The translations under genes and the position numbers were made by a program. The notes below the pieces were generated by a model, which was not told the origin of the DNA, did no database searches, and saw only the letters and a program-made list of their open reading frames with translations. A stretch of DNA of 64,000 nt. Origin: Alphaproteobacteria bacterium (GTDB taxonomy: Bacteria; Pseudomonadota; Alphaproteobacteria; Rs-D84). Position 1 is the first letter of the stretch; each line of letters begins with the position of its first letter. Shown here piece after piece: positions 27,756 through 37,835 of this stretch. Where the stretch lies: assembly GCA_017935245.1 (NCBI GenBank), contig JAGBHZ010000001.1, positions 8,031-72,030 of the forward strand, written 5' to 3'.

Positions 27756-27780
27756 AAAACCGGCATTTGCCGGTTTCTTT
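27754..27780. terminator. bidirectional terminator
   Basis: CCGGC-ATTT-GCCGG. Confidence 0.65.
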
Positions 27781-30700
27781 TAACCTTCGCCATTTTCTTT
27801 GACTTCTGGTTTATTTAACATTGCAAAATGCGCAATATGCTTTTTCAGTTCACTTTTATACGCATTATTTGCCTTGGCCAAATCAACCAGTTTATTAAAC
27901 TGTGGATTTGCCGCACGCGCCGCCGCGAATCGAGATTCTGTTTTCAAGAAATCTTCCAACGGCAACGGATTATCAACCGACGAATCCATTGTTAACGGAT
28001 TGTGCCCATCCGCAATCAAACGCGGATCAAACCGGAACAATGGCCATGCACCGGTCTGGACCATCTGGGTTTGATGTTCCGGACCATTTTGTAATGCAAA
28101 ACCATGCGCGATACACGGTGCATACGCCAATATAATTGATGGGCCGTTAAAACTTTCTGCCTCGCGAAATGCGCGAATTGCCTGGGCCTGGTTTGCGCCC
28201 ATCGCAATTTGGGCGACGTATGCGCCACTCATCATTGCAATCATGCCCAAATCTTTTTTCGCATGTTCTTTACCACCGATGGCAAATTTCATGCTGGCCC
28301 CAAATGGCGTTGATTTTGATTGCTGGCCACCGGTGTTTGAATACCCTTCGGTATCCAAGACCAAGATATTTACATTTTCACCACTGTGCAGTATATGATC
28401 AACCCCACCATATCCAATATCGTACGCCCATCCATCACCGCCAATAATCCAAACCGATTTATCAACGATTTCACTGACCAGACTTTCCGCCAAACGGGCA
28501 CGTGGGCCATCAATTTTCGCCAATTGTGCACGCAAATTCGATTCGATTTCACGTTGTTTTTGCGAATCGGTTTCATCAAATAATTCTTCGACGTTTTCGA
28601 TACCAACCTCGAACAACAAAGATTTCAGGTTTTCACGTTTCTGGTTCAACGCCAAACGCATACCCAAACCATATTCTGCATTATCTTCGAACAGCGAATT
28701 AGACCACGCCGGCCCACGCCCGGCACTGTCTTTGGTCCATGGCGTTGTTGGTAAATTAGCCCCATAAATCGATGAACATCCCGTTGCATTTGCCACAACC
28801 ATGCGATCACCAAACAAATGCGCCAACATTTTTACATATGGCGTTTCGCCACATCCCGCACATGCGCCCGGAAATTCAAAATAATGTGGCAATAATTCTA
28901 CGTGCTTTGGAATATTCAGATTTAATTTTTCGCGTTCTATATCTGGCAATTTTTCCGCCACATCAAACGCGTTCTGATTTTTATCCATAACATCCGCTGC
29001 GTTCACCATTGCCAACGCATGCACCGGACAATTTTTAACACAGATATTGCACCCCGTACAATCCGCCGGCGAAATATTCAACGTGTAATACATATTCGGT
29101 CCCAATTCTGGTGTCTTCATCGGCACAACCGTTACACCCGAATTACGCATTTGTTCGGCCTGGTCTTCTGTCATAACCTTGATACGAATTGCCGCATGCG
29201 GGCACATCATAGAACACTTGCCACACTGGATACACTTTTCCAGATCCACCGTTGCCACACGTGGCGACACGGCACGCTTTTCATATTTTGATGTGCCAAC
29301 CGGATATTGACCTGCGCCAAATTGCCCATCAACACGGAAACGCGAAACCGGAATTGCATCCCCACGTTGCGCCGCCATTTCCCCCAGGGTACCAGCTATT
29401 TCCGCGGGCGTATCATGCGTCATTGCAGGCACAAAATCCGGGGCAAAGTTTGATATCGATGATGGCAATTTATATTCGCGCAAGTATTCTGACGCCTTGT
29501 CCACCGCGGCCCAGTTTGCTTGAACAATTTCCATACCCTTTTTCTTGTATGTTTTTTCGATTGCAACCTTGGCACTGGTCGCGGCAACCACCGGATCAAT
29601 AACACGTGTCAGATTAAAGAAATTCAACATTATAAACGTGTTAATACGATTCCCCAGTCCTAATTGAGCCGCCGCCGTATTCGCATCCAGGAAAAACACA
29701 CGCGCACGAATCCGCATCAGATGTTCTTGGGTATCGCGTGGCAGATTTGCAAACGCCACATCCGGCGCCATTGACGTATTAATCATAACCGTTCCACCCG
29801 CACGCAACCCACGGAATATATCAAAGCGTTGGGCAATCATAAAGTTTGAAACACTGATAAAATCCGCCACTTCTACCAAATATTGACTTTTAATTGGTGC
29901 GTCTGAAAATCTGATGTGCGACGCGGTTAATCCACCCGATTTTTTTGAATCATAAACCGCATAGGATTGCGGATACAGTTCAGAATTTTCCCCAACAATT
30001 TTCACAATATTTTTCACCGCGCCAACGGTACCATCACTGCCGATACCATACAAAATTGCGGTTTTGAAATTTGGATCTTCGACCGAAAATGCCGGATCTG
30101 TTTTTAGCGACAATCCCGTTAAATCGTCATCAATACCCACGGTAAAGTTATGCTTTAATTCGCCACGCATCATATTTTCATATATTGCCTTGACATCACG
30201 TGGCTTAAATTCTTTGGACCCCAATCCATAGCGTCCACCAAATACATTTGCCGCGTCCCCAACAACCGTTTTAACATCTTGGTACAACGGTTCACCAATA
30301 CTGCCCGGTTCCTTGGTTCGGTCCAGAACCGCAATATTCTTGACCGATTTTGGTAATGCCGCACGAAATGCATCAACCGGGAACGGTCGATACAAATGCA
30401 CCTTTACCAATCCCAAACCCGACGGCAAATGCGCCAGTGTTTCTTCGATTGTGTCAACGGCACTGCCCATGACGACAATTACATGTTCTGCATTTTTATC
30501 ACCAACATATTCAACCAAACCATATTTACGTCCGGTCAGTTTTGCAAATTCATCCATAACATTTTGTACAATTTCCGGTGTTTGATTGTACAACGGATTT
30601 GCCGCTTCGCGTCCCTGGAAATAAACGTCTGGATTTTGTGCGGTACCACGTATGGTTGGATTATCCGGTGTCATACCACGCGCACGATTTTCCAAGACAC

Positions 30701-31289
30701 ATGAATCCGGAATTAATTCCCTTAGCACTTCGTCTTCGATTCGCGTTAATCGGGATTCTTCATGACTGGTCCGGAAACCATCAAAGAAATGTAAAAACGG
30801 CACACGCGAACGCAGTGTTGCCGCATGTGCGATTGCCGCCATATCATGCGCCTGTTGAACATTGTGTGATGACAACATTGCAAATCCCGTCGAACGAACC
30901 GACATAACATCACTGTGATCGCCAAAGATTGACAATGCATGTGTTGCCAATGCACGTGCCGCCACATGCATAACAAACGGCGTTTGTTCACCGGCAATCT
31001 TGTACATATTTGGAATCATCAGCAGCAATCCCTGGGATGCGGTAAATGTCGTTGCCAACGCCCCCATCTGTAACGCGCCATGCATTGCGCCGGCGGCGCC
31101 GCCTTCGGATTGCATTTCGATTATCTGTGGGATTGCGCCCCAAATATTTTTCTTGTGCTGGAACGACCATTCATCCGCCAATTCCCCCATTGTACTACTG
31201 GGGGTGATTGGATAAATCGCGGCGAAATCGACACATCTGTACGCGACATCCGCCGCGGCCCAGTTACCATCAACAATTAATTTAGACAT
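27780..31289 (-). CDS. nifJ: pyruvate:ferredoxin (flavodoxin) oxidoreductase
   Basis: 1169 aa. Two 4Fe-4S motifs (CIQCGKCSMMCP, CTGCNICVKNCP) and a TPP domain (GGDGWAYDIGYGG). Confidence 0.95.
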   Translation of the reverse strand: MSKLIVDGNWAAADVAYRCVDFAAIYPITPSSTMGELADEWSFQHKKNIWGAIPQIIEMQSEGGAAGAMHGALQMGALATTFTASQGLLLMIPNMYKIAGEQTPFVMHVAARALATHALSIFGDHSDVMSVRSTGFAMLSSHNVQQAHDMAAIAHAATLRSRVPFLHFFDGFRTSHEESRLTRIEDEVLRELIPDSCVLENRARGMTPDNPTIRGTAQNPDVYFQGREAANPLYNQTPEIVQNVMDEFAKLTGRKYGLVEYVGDKNAEHVIVVMGSAVDTIEETLAHLPSGLGLVKVHLYRPFPVDAFRAALPKSVKNIAVLDRTKEPGSIGEPLYQDVKTVVGDAANVFGGRYGLGSKEFKPRDVKAIYENMMRGELKHNFTVGIDDDLTGLSLKTDPAFSVEDPNFKTAILYGIGSDGTVGAVKNIVKIVGENSELYPQSYAVYDSKKSGGLTASHIRFSDAPIKSQYLVEVADFISVSNFMIAQRFDIFRGLRAGGTVMINTSMAPDVAFANLPRDTQEHLMRIRARVFFLDANTAAAQLGLGNRINTFIMLNFFNLTRVIDPVVAATSAKVAIEKTYKKKGMEIVQANWAAVDKASEYLREYKLPSSISNFAPDFVPAMTHDTPAEIAGTLGEMAAQRGDAIPVSRFRVDGQFGAGQYPVGTSKYEKRAVSPRVATVDLEKCIQCGKCSMMCPHAAIRIKVMTEDQAEQMRNSGVTVVPMKTPELGPNMYYTLNISPADCTGCNICVKNCPVHALAMVNAADVMDKNQNAFDVAEKLPDIEREKLNLNIPKHVELLPHYFEFPGACAGCGETPYVKMLAHLFGDRMVVANATGCSSIYGANLPTTPWTKDSAGRGPAWSNSLFEDNAEYGLGMRLALNQKRENLKSLLFEVGIENVEELFDETDSQKQREIESNLRAQLAKIDGPRARLAESLVSEIVDKSVWIIGGDGWAYDIGYGGVDHILHSGENVNILVLDTEGYSNTGGQQSKSTPFGASMKFAIGGKEHAKKDLGMIAMMSGAYVAQIAMGANQAQAIRAFREAESFNGPSIILAYAPCIAHGFALQNGPEHQTQMVQTGAWPLFRFDPRLIADGHNPLTMDSSVDNPLPLEDFLKTESRFAAARAANPQFNKLVDLAKANNAYKSELKKHIAHFAMLNKPEVKENGEG

Positions 31290-31309
31290 ACTTTCATCCT
31301 TACCTAGTC

Positions 31310-32719
31310 TTACTTCTTATCATCATCTGCTTTTATATCTGTTGGTGTCATATTGGCGCGTTTTTGCATTTTAGACATCGCCACGACCATATCCATACCA
31401 CGCTGCAATTGATAATCGCGCGCATCTTTTTCTTCATCACTTAATTCGTCATATGGCGTTTCTTCGTTTTCTGCATCTTCATCAGAATCATTATCAGATT
31501 TTTTCTTACTTTTCTTTTTAGCCTTGTCATTTTTTAATGAATTTTTAAAAGAGGCTTCCGAATAAGAACTTTCTTTTTTCTCTATAACTTCGACCTTGCT
31601 GTGTAAAACCTCTACATCGGGGGTGATACCTTCGTTCTGAATTGAACGACCCGATGGCGTATAGTAACGCGCAATTGTAATATGAATCGCCGTCCCATCC
31701 CCCAGTGGTTTTTGCTGTTGTACACTGCCCTTGCCAAACGATTGTGAACCCATGACAATTCCGCGTCCATTATCCTGGATTGCACCCGCCACAATTTCCG
31801 ATGCCGATGCCGATCCATGATTAATCAAGACCACAATCGGCTTGCCATTTGTCAAATCACCCGGCGTTGCATATGTACGTTCAATGTCTGTTTTATCTTT
31901 GCCACGGGTTGAAACAATTTCCCCCCCGTCCAAGAACGCATCCGACACATCAATTGCCGCCGTCAAATATCCACCAGGATTATTGCGCACATCAACGACA
32001 TAGCCGACAACATCCTTTTTTTCCAATTCCTTGATTGCTTTTTTCAGATCACGCGCGGTCGTCGCCCCAAAATCAGAAATTCTGATATATCCAATTTTTG
32101 GTGTATCTTCGTCATCTGGATCCGCATCGGCCATTGTTTTGACATCATGTTTAATTGATTCCACCTTAATAATTGCGCGTTTTAACGTTAATGTTTTTTC
32201 TTCGCCATCAGAAATAATGGTCAATTTTACCTTGGTCCCGGGCCGTCCCTTCATTTTCTTAACCGCCTGGTTCAGCGTTAAATCAAATACCTGTTCACCA
32301 TCAATATGGGTGATATAGTCGCCCGCCTTAATCCCGGCCTTGTCCGCGGGTGTATCATCAATTGGCGAAATAACGCGCACCGCGCCACGATCACTGGTTA
32401 TCTGAATTCCCAATCCGCCAAATTCCCCCTGGGATTTATCATTAAATTCCTTGAAATCATCCGCCGACAGATACGAAGAATGCGGATCCAGCGCCCCCAA
32501 CATACCGTTCATAGCCGCTTCCAGCATCTTTTTTTCATCGGCTTCTTCGACAAAATTATCACGCGCCACTTCGAACACCAGTGCTAATTTTTTCAGTTCT
32601 TCATAAATCTGCTCATCCGTCAGGTGTTCAACCGGTTCTTCTTTTTTCTTGTTTTTTGGTGCCGCATCCGCGACCATCGGCACAAATAACAATCCCAAAA
32701 CCAACAACTTTTTCAGCAT
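31310..32719 (-). CDS. ctpA: S41 family carboxy-terminal processing protease
   Basis: Trimmed to MLKKLLVLGLLFVPMVADA. Has a PDZ segment (GLGIQI...), GSASASEI and a K-rich tail. Confidence 0.9.
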   Translation of the reverse strand: MLKKLLVLGLLFVPMVADAAPKNKKKEEPVEHLTDEQIYEELKKLALVFEVARDNFVEEADEKKMLEAAMNGMLGALDPHSSYLSADDFKEFNDKSQGEFGGLGIQITSDRGAVRVISPIDDTPADKAGIKAGDYITHIDGEQVFDLTLNQAVKKMKGRPGTKVKLTIISDGEEKTLTLKRAIIKVESIKHDVKTMADADPDDEDTPKIGYIRISDFGATTARDLKKAIKELEKKDVVGYVVDVRNNPGGYLTAAIDVSDAFLDGGEIVSTRGKDKTDIERTYATPGDLTNGKPIVVLINHGSASASEIVAGAIQDNGRGIVMGSQSFGKGSVQQQKPLGDGTAIHITIARYYTPSGRSIQNEGITPDVEVLHSKVEVIEKKESSYSEASFKNSLKNDKAKKKSKKKSDNDSDEDAENEETPYDELSDEEKDARDYQLQRGMDMVVAMSKMQKRANMTPTDIKADDDKK

Positions 32720-32806
32720 AATAAATCCTTTCACTTTTGCCATTTTCCAGCATAAACAAAAACCCACCGATATTCAACCCGATTTTATAAAAAAATTCAC
32801 AAATAC

Positions 32807-32834
32807 TTGACAAATTATTTTTAAGGGTTATAAT
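32807..32834 (+). promoter_or_regulatory. sigma70-type promoter for 32845..33777
   Basis: TTGACA-N16-TATAAT, ending 10 nt before the ATG. Confidence 0.5.
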
Positions 32835-32844
32835 TTTATACATA

Positions 32845-33777
32845 ATGAGCATAGATATTGGAAATCTTGTACACGGTCGCGAAACATACATCGCAGACTT
32901 TGGCCCGGGCTTTGTTATGAAACGCCCGCTGCCAACATTGGGTGATGCGGCACGCGATGACTGGTTGGCCAAACAGCACCGAACCAAAGAAATCATTGAT
33001 GCAATTCATGATGTTGGCAATCCGCGCTATAACATCCCAACAATGCGTTTTATCAAAGACGACGAATATCAATTACTTGAAGAACGCGCGCCTGGCGAAC
33101 ATCTAACCGCAGATTTGTTTAAGTCTGTTTCCCGTCGCCAGCGTTATGAAATCATTGACGGCATTGCCGCATTTTTGGTTGATATGAACGAATTAAAACC
33201 AATTGGTCCAATTGTGCGCCATAAAATTGCAGATGATATAAAGTTCAACCGCCTGGATAGTTTTGTTAACAACAAAATGTCAAAATTATTCACCACTGCC
33301 GAAACCCAGAAACTGGGCACGGTCCGTGATGCCGTTGGCACATTTGAATATGACACACGTATGGCATGGTCCCATGGAGATTTAAATTCAGGCAACGTAT
33401 TATACGACCCAAACACCAGCACACTGTCGTTTATTGATTTTGCAGAAGCAAACTATCAATTCATATATCGCGACATATTTTCCCCATTACAAATTGAATT
33501 GGACATCTGGAACCAGGTTTATGATGCATACACAAAATTACACAATAACGAAATCTATACAATGCCTGGAATTCGCAATCCGAACCTGCGCAATATTATG
33601 AAGTATCGAATTATCACAAACCTGTTGCGTCGCATTATCAAGGCATCCGATGACATCCGAATTAACAGCACATCCGCAAAGGCAATCGAAAACAATAATG
33701 CCAAGATCGCATTTATCCGCGAACAAATGGCAAAGATAGAATACGTCGAACAACTGTTTAAAAACAACACTAAATAA
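32845..33777 (+). CDS. phosphotransferase (APH/choline-kinase-like) family protein
   Basis: Brenner-type motif WSHGDLNSGNVLYD followed by FIDFAE. Confidence 0.6.
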   Translation: MSIDIGNLVHGRETYIADFGPGFVMKRPLPTLGDAARDDWLAKQHRTKEIIDAIHDVGNPRYNIPTMRFIKDDEYQLLEERAPGEHLTADLFKSVSRRQRYEIIDGIAAFLVDMNELKPIGPIVRHKIADDIKFNRLDSFVNNKMSKLFTTAETQKLGTVRDAVGTFEYDTRMAWSHGDLNSGNVLYDPNTSTLSFIDFAEANYQFIYRDIFSPLQIELDIWNQVYDAYTKLHNNEIYTMPGIRNPNLRNIMKYRIITNLLRRIIKASDDIRINSTSAKAIENNNAKIAFIREQMAKIEYVEQLFKNNTK

Positions 33778-33806
33778 AACCCACCAGTAACGGTGGGAAT
33801 TTTTAT
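33776..33806. terminator. bidirectional terminator
   Basis: CCCACC-AGTAAC-GGTGGG followed by a T-run. Confidence 0.65.
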
Positions 33807-34876
33807 TCTTCTTTGAACAGGCGCGCCGGATCCACGGCATTATTGCCACGCCGCACCTCCAGATACATTTCGGGTTTATCTGGATTCATGCGCCCAATTG
33901 GCTCGCCGGCTAAAACCTCCTGGCCCAGCATGACATCAATATCCCCCAGGTTTGTCATAACCGTATTATATCCATTTTTGTGCGACATGATTACGACACG
34001 ACCAAAGCCACGGAAACTGTCCGCAAATTTAACAACGCCATCGGCCGGCGCCATAACCAATGCGTCCCCACGCGTACGCACGCGCCACCCATCAGATTTT
34101 AACCCCAACGCGGTCTTTTCACCAAATCTTACAACCACCCGCCCCCGCACCGGCAGGTTTAATTTACGCCTTGAAAATCGTGCATCTGCTGACATCTCAG
34201 AACTTCCGACCCCTGCTGACAATTCAGAAATACTTTTTGCGCGCGCGGACAATTCACGCAGTTTTTTCTGTAATGCCAATTGTTCATTTTTCAACTTTTC
34301 GTTTTGCGCACTGCGTGTTTTCAGCAATTTATCCAACTGACTTTTTTCCTTGCTGTATTTTTTTGCCGACCGATCCAGTTTTTCTTTTTCAATCGCCCGC
34401 GCATTACGAATTTTTTCCAGTTCGACAATCTGCCTATTCGCCAAATCAATTTCTTCTTCAAAGCGATCCGCCATACCCGACATAACCGCCGACATCAAAA
34501 CATAGTCCCGCATATTATCGCTATCGAAACTGGGGTGGGACGCAACGAACAAAACGCTGGCGGCGGCATCGGCAACCCGTCCCCGGTTATTTTCCATTTC
34601 ACGTGCAATTTTATCACGTTGGGCGTCCAATTCATCAATCTTTTTTGCAATTGCGCTGCGCTGATCTTCCAGGGTACTAACCTTATCCGCGGCCCGAACC
34701 AAATCCTTTTTTGTTTTGGCGATATCACGCTCGGACGTCTTGACCTGTTGTTCCAGTTTTTTATTTTGTTGTTCGGTCTGTTTAATTTGTGCATTTATTT
34801 TGGACAGTTCACTGCCCCCCCATGCCGGTGCCGACACAACACATAACAAAGAAAATACCAGGAAAATCTTCTTCAT
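33803..34876 (-). CDS. EnvC-like murein hydrolase activator (coiled coil plus M23/LytM domain)
   Basis: Signal peptide, a long Q/K/E coiled coil, and a C-terminal LytM-like domain (GWRVRT..APADGVV..GFGRVVIMSH). Confidence 0.85.
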   Translation of the reverse strand: MKKIFLVFSLLCVVSAPAWGGSELSKINAQIKQTEQQNKKLEQQVKTSERDIAKTKKDLVRAADKVSTLEDQRSAIAKKIDELDAQRDKIAREMENNRGRVADAAASVLFVASHPSFDSDNMRDYVLMSAVMSGMADRFEEEIDLANRQIVELEKIRNARAIEKEKLDRSAKKYSKEKSQLDKLLKTRSAQNEKLKNEQLALQKKLRELSARAKSISELSAGVGSSEMSADARFSRRKLNLPVRGRVVVRFGEKTALGLKSDGWRVRTRGDALVMAPADGVVKFADSFRGFGRVVIMSHKNGYNTVMTNLGDIDVMLGQEVLAGEPIGRMNPDKPEMYLEVRRGNNAVDPARLFKEE

Positions 34877-36090
34877 TATTTTTTTATCACTTTCAAGAAT
34901 GTCTTTTTACCCTTTTGCACCATAAATTCATCCGCCACCGCAATTATGGCCCGTGGATCCGTGATTTTATTACCATCGATTTGAACGCCACCCTGTTCGA
35001 CCATGCGACGCGCCTCTGACTTGGACGGGAACAATCCCGTCGCGCACAAGAAATCCAGGATTCCCATATCGCCCGCCATTTCGATTTCCGCACTTGGTAC
35101 ATTATCCATATTTGCCCCACCGGCAAATAATGCGTTGGCCGCTTCTTCGGCGGCACGTGCCGCATCCGTTCCATGTGCAATTTCGGTTGCCGCAAATGCC
35201 AAAATTTTCTTTGCAACATTTAATTCCGCACCCTGTAACGCAGACAGGCGTGCAATTTCATCCAACGGAATTTCTGTAAATATTTTCAAGAATTTTTCAA
35301 CCAAATCATCCGGCGTATTACGGAAATATTGATAGTATTCATACGGGGACGTTTTATCTTCGTTCACCCAAACCGCATTACCGGCCGACTTACCAATTTT
35401 ATTACCATTTGAATCTGTAATCAGTGCCGTGGACAACACAAATGCTTCTTTGCCTAATTTTTTACGGATTAACTCAATCCCCATAATGGCATTTCCCCAC
35501 TGATCCGCCCCACATGTCTGCAAAATACAATTGTGTTCACGATACAGGGTCAAGAAATCCACCGCCTGGAACGTCATATAATTAAATTCCAAAAACGTCA
35601 TACCATTATCCAAACGACGCTTTACCGAATCCATCGATAACATACGTGGCACCGTAAAATCCGTTCCAAAATCACGCAGAAAGTCCATATGACTGTATGT
35701 TTTCATCCAATCATAGTTATCCACCATAATCGCATCCGAAGCGCCATCACCAAATTTAAAGAATTTTGAAAATGATTTTTTTAAGCCCGCAACATTTTTC
35801 GCCAACGTTTCTTCATCCATCATTGGCCGCCCAGAATCACGCCCCGACGGATCACCAATACGCCCTGTTGCACCGCCAACCAGTGCAATTGGCTTGTGCC
35901 CAAATTTTTGCAACCAACGCATCATCATAACCGGCACTAAATGGCCCACATGCAACGAATCCGCGGTTGGATCCGACCCCAAATATGCAGTAATTTTTCC
36001 CGCGTTTAACGCATCATTCAACCCATCAATATTTGATGTTTGATTAATAAACCCACGTGCCTGTAATTCGACCAATAATTCATTTTGCAT
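34876..36090 (-). CDS. tyrS: tyrosine--tRNA ligase
   Basis: Has HVGHL (the HIGH motif), KIGKS (the KMSKS motif) and a C-terminal S4 domain. Confidence 0.95.
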   Translation of the reverse strand: MQNELLVELQARGFINQTSNIDGLNDALNAGKITAYLGSDPTADSLHVGHLVPVMMMRWLQKFGHKPIALVGGATGRIGDPSGRDSGRPMMDEETLAKNVAGLKKSFSKFFKFGDGASDAIMVDNYDWMKTYSHMDFLRDFGTDFTVPRMLSMDSVKRRLDNGMTFLEFNYMTFQAVDFLTLYREHNCILQTCGADQWGNAIMGIELIRKKLGKEAFVLSTALITDSNGNKIGKSAGNAVWVNEDKTSPYEYYQYFRNTPDDLVEKFLKIFTEIPLDEIARLSALQGAELNVAKKILAFAATEIAHGTDAARAAEEAANALFAGGANMDNVPSAEIEMAGDMGILDFLCATGLFPSKSEARRMVEQGGVQIDGNKITDPRAIIAVADEFMVQKGKKTFLKVIKK

Positions 36091-36107
36091 GTATATAAAC
36101 CCTTTTT

Positions 36108-36140
36108 ATCAAGAAAAATAATAGCACGCTTTTGCGTGCC
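36108..36140 (-). terminator. terminator after 36166..36588
   Basis: GCACGC-TTTT-GCGTGC followed by a T-rich tract on the minus strand. Confidence 0.6.
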
Positions 36141-36165
36141 ATGCAAGTGTACCACACTCAAAAAA

Positions 36166-36588
36166 TTACATTGTTTTTTGCAAGAACGGCAATTCTGATA
36201 TCAACAAACGCAAATTATTTGCTGCGCTTAATGTCGGACGAATCTTCTGAGTCCGCAACGCACATACAACATCGTATTTCATACGCATTGCATCTATTTT
36301 CGACATATCGTCATAAAAGTGTTCTATTTGATACCGACTTTGTGGAATTTGCTGAATATCCACGAACGTATTGCCGTTGATTTTATAAGAATACGCCTTG
36401 CTAATACGTGCAATACTGGTATCTGTATATAACTTGAAAACATCACCGACGTTAAACCGCGGATTCATACGAAAGACATGACAGCCCATCCATTTTGGCA
36501 TCGCATCCCCATTTACACCAACCAAATCCAGCGTCTGATGAAGATCATCTTTATCGGAACGAACCCCGGCCACACGATATTTTTCCAT
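36166..36588 (-). CDS. hypothetical protein
   Basis: ATG with a strong AAAGGAG SD, abutting the stop of 36590..36817. A terminator follows at 36108-36140. Confidence 0.5.
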   Translation of the reverse strand: MEKYRVAGVRSDKDDLHQTLDLVGVNGDAMPKWMGCHVFRMNPRFNVGDVFKLYTDTSIARISKAYSYKINGNTFVDIQQIPQSRYQIEHFYDDMSKIDAMRMKYDVVCALRTQKIRPTLSAANNLRLLISELPFLQKTM

Positions 36589-36589
36589 A

Positions 36590-36817
36590 TTACTTTCTCC
36601 TTTGATTTAACGCATCCAACAAGCCGTCAAAACAGCTGTTATAACCTGGATAACGCTTGCGATAATGTTCGGCCATCCCACGCAAAACCGCCATACCATA
36701 TGGCGTGGTCTGAATCTTGTTAAAAATATAAGCCTGACGTTCATCGCGGGGCACGCCCGCCAATTCCCGCCGTGTTCTGTTATTTGCCCGAACAATTGTT
36801 TCTTTTGATATATTCAT
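36590..36817 (-). CDS. hypothetical small basic protein
   Basis: Trimmed to MNISKETIV. A longer start would span the terminator hairpin at 36859-36877. TATAAT lies 6 nt upstream. Confidence 0.4.
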   Translation of the reverse strand: MNISKETIVRANNRTRRELAGVPRDERQAYIFNKIQTTPYGMAVLRGMAEHYRKRYPGYNSCFDGLLDALNQRRK

Positions 36818-36844
36818 ACAAGAATTATAACACATACCACAAAA

Positions 36845-36878
36845 CATAAGCAAATAAAATCCCGGAATCACCGGGATT
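36845..36878 (-). terminator. terminator after 36881..37453
   Basis: ATCCCGG-AATCA-CCGGGAT followed by TTTTATTT on the minus strand. Confidence 0.65.
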
Positions 36879-36880
36879 GT

Positions 36881-37453
36881 TTATCGTATCATTTCGCGCA
36901 TTAGTGAATCTATAAATTTTTCACGCATATTATAATTAGTTGCCATTTTATACACAAATGCATCGGCACCGTAAAATGCCGCAGCAGACATCATGTCGTA
37001 TTTATCAACCCCCATCCAAACATTTGGTGCCTGAACAATATTCCCAGTTAGTTTGTCGCGTAAAACAATTGTTGCAACAATATTACGTGAACGTTTATAT
37101 GATAATTTATTAGATGTTGTACAACCCGTACCTGGATATTGTTCATCCGGCACAGACATCGATACAACTGCCGCTAATTCAAAACCAGACATCCGTTCAT
37201 CGTATTGCATTATACGACGCAAATCCATCGCATGGACGGTATCAATCGATTGGTTACCCATTGAAAAGCCCAAATATTTATTCCGGTTCCAGTTACCCGA
37301 CAAATAATCAAAGTACACCACTTGTTTATAACTGCTGCCAAACAAATCCTTCATTTTATCTGCTGTTAAATTTTCTTTAATAACTGGTTTGGCTTTAAAA
37401 TTATATGTTCCAATACCAATGTTTTTTAATAATCTGGTTTTATCAAAACTCAT
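36881..37453 (-). CDS. hypothetical protein
   Basis: Trimmed to MSFDKTRLL. A TTGACA-N16-TATATT promoter lies at 37487-37514. Confidence 0.5.
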   Translation of the reverse strand: MSFDKTRLLKNIGIGTYNFKAKPVIKENLTADKMKDLFGSSYKQVVYFDYLSGNWNRNKYLGFSMGNQSIDTVHAMDLRRIMQYDERMSGFELAAVVSMSVPDEQYPGTGCTTSNKLSYKRSRNIVATIVLRDKLTGNIVQAPNVWMGVDKYDMMSAAAFYGADAFVYKMATNYNMREKFIDSLMREMIR

Positions 37454-37486
37454 TTTCAATCCATTTTTCTTTAAATTTGTGGACAA

Positions 37487-37514
37487 AATATACCACACCA
37501 GATGTTTTTGTCAA
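37487..37514 (-). promoter_or_regulatory. sigma70-type promoter for 36881..37453
   Basis: Minus-strand TTGACA-N16-TATATT. Confidence 0.5.
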
Positions 37515-37545
37515 ACAAATATTTAAGGGGGCAAAAGCCCCCCAC
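37515..37545 (-). terminator. terminator after the 52-aa ORF
   Basis: GGGGGC-AAAA-GCCCCC. Confidence 0.55.
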
Positions 37546-37576
37546 AATAAATTCATATTTTCAGGATTTTCAATAT

Positions 37577-37735
37577 TTAAAACGCATTTTTCATATCGTC
37601 GCGCGTCAATCCAAAACGTTCCAGACCCGCCACAATATTAACGACGCCAACCTTACCACGATTAAATGCAGACTTTTGCATCTGGGCATTTAATCCCTGG
37701 GCGGCTTCATTTAAAATACTTACCTTGTTGGTCAT
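37577..37735 (-). CDS. hypothetical 52-aa protein (below the ORF-track cutoff)
   Basis: MTNKVSILNEAAQGLNAQMQKSAFNRGKVGVVNIVAGLERFGLTRDDMKNAF. Has an AAGGAC SD 8 nt upstream, its own TTGACA-N17-TATATT promoter and its own terminator. Confidence 0.35.
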   Translation of the reverse strand: MTNKVSILNEAAQGLNAQMQKSAFNRGKVGVVNIVAGLERFGLTRDDMKNAF

Positions 37736-37780
37736 ACTTTATGTCCTTGTTTTCGCAAAAACCTGTGCGATTTGATGACA

Positions 37781-37809
37781 AATATATACCGACAAACAAT
37801 TTTTGTCAA
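37781..37809 (-). promoter_or_regulatory. sigma70-type promoter for the 52-aa ORF
   Basis: Minus-strand TTGACA-N17-TATATT. Confidence 0.5.
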
Positions 37810-37835
37810 GTGTTTTTTGTCCAAATACAACACAA

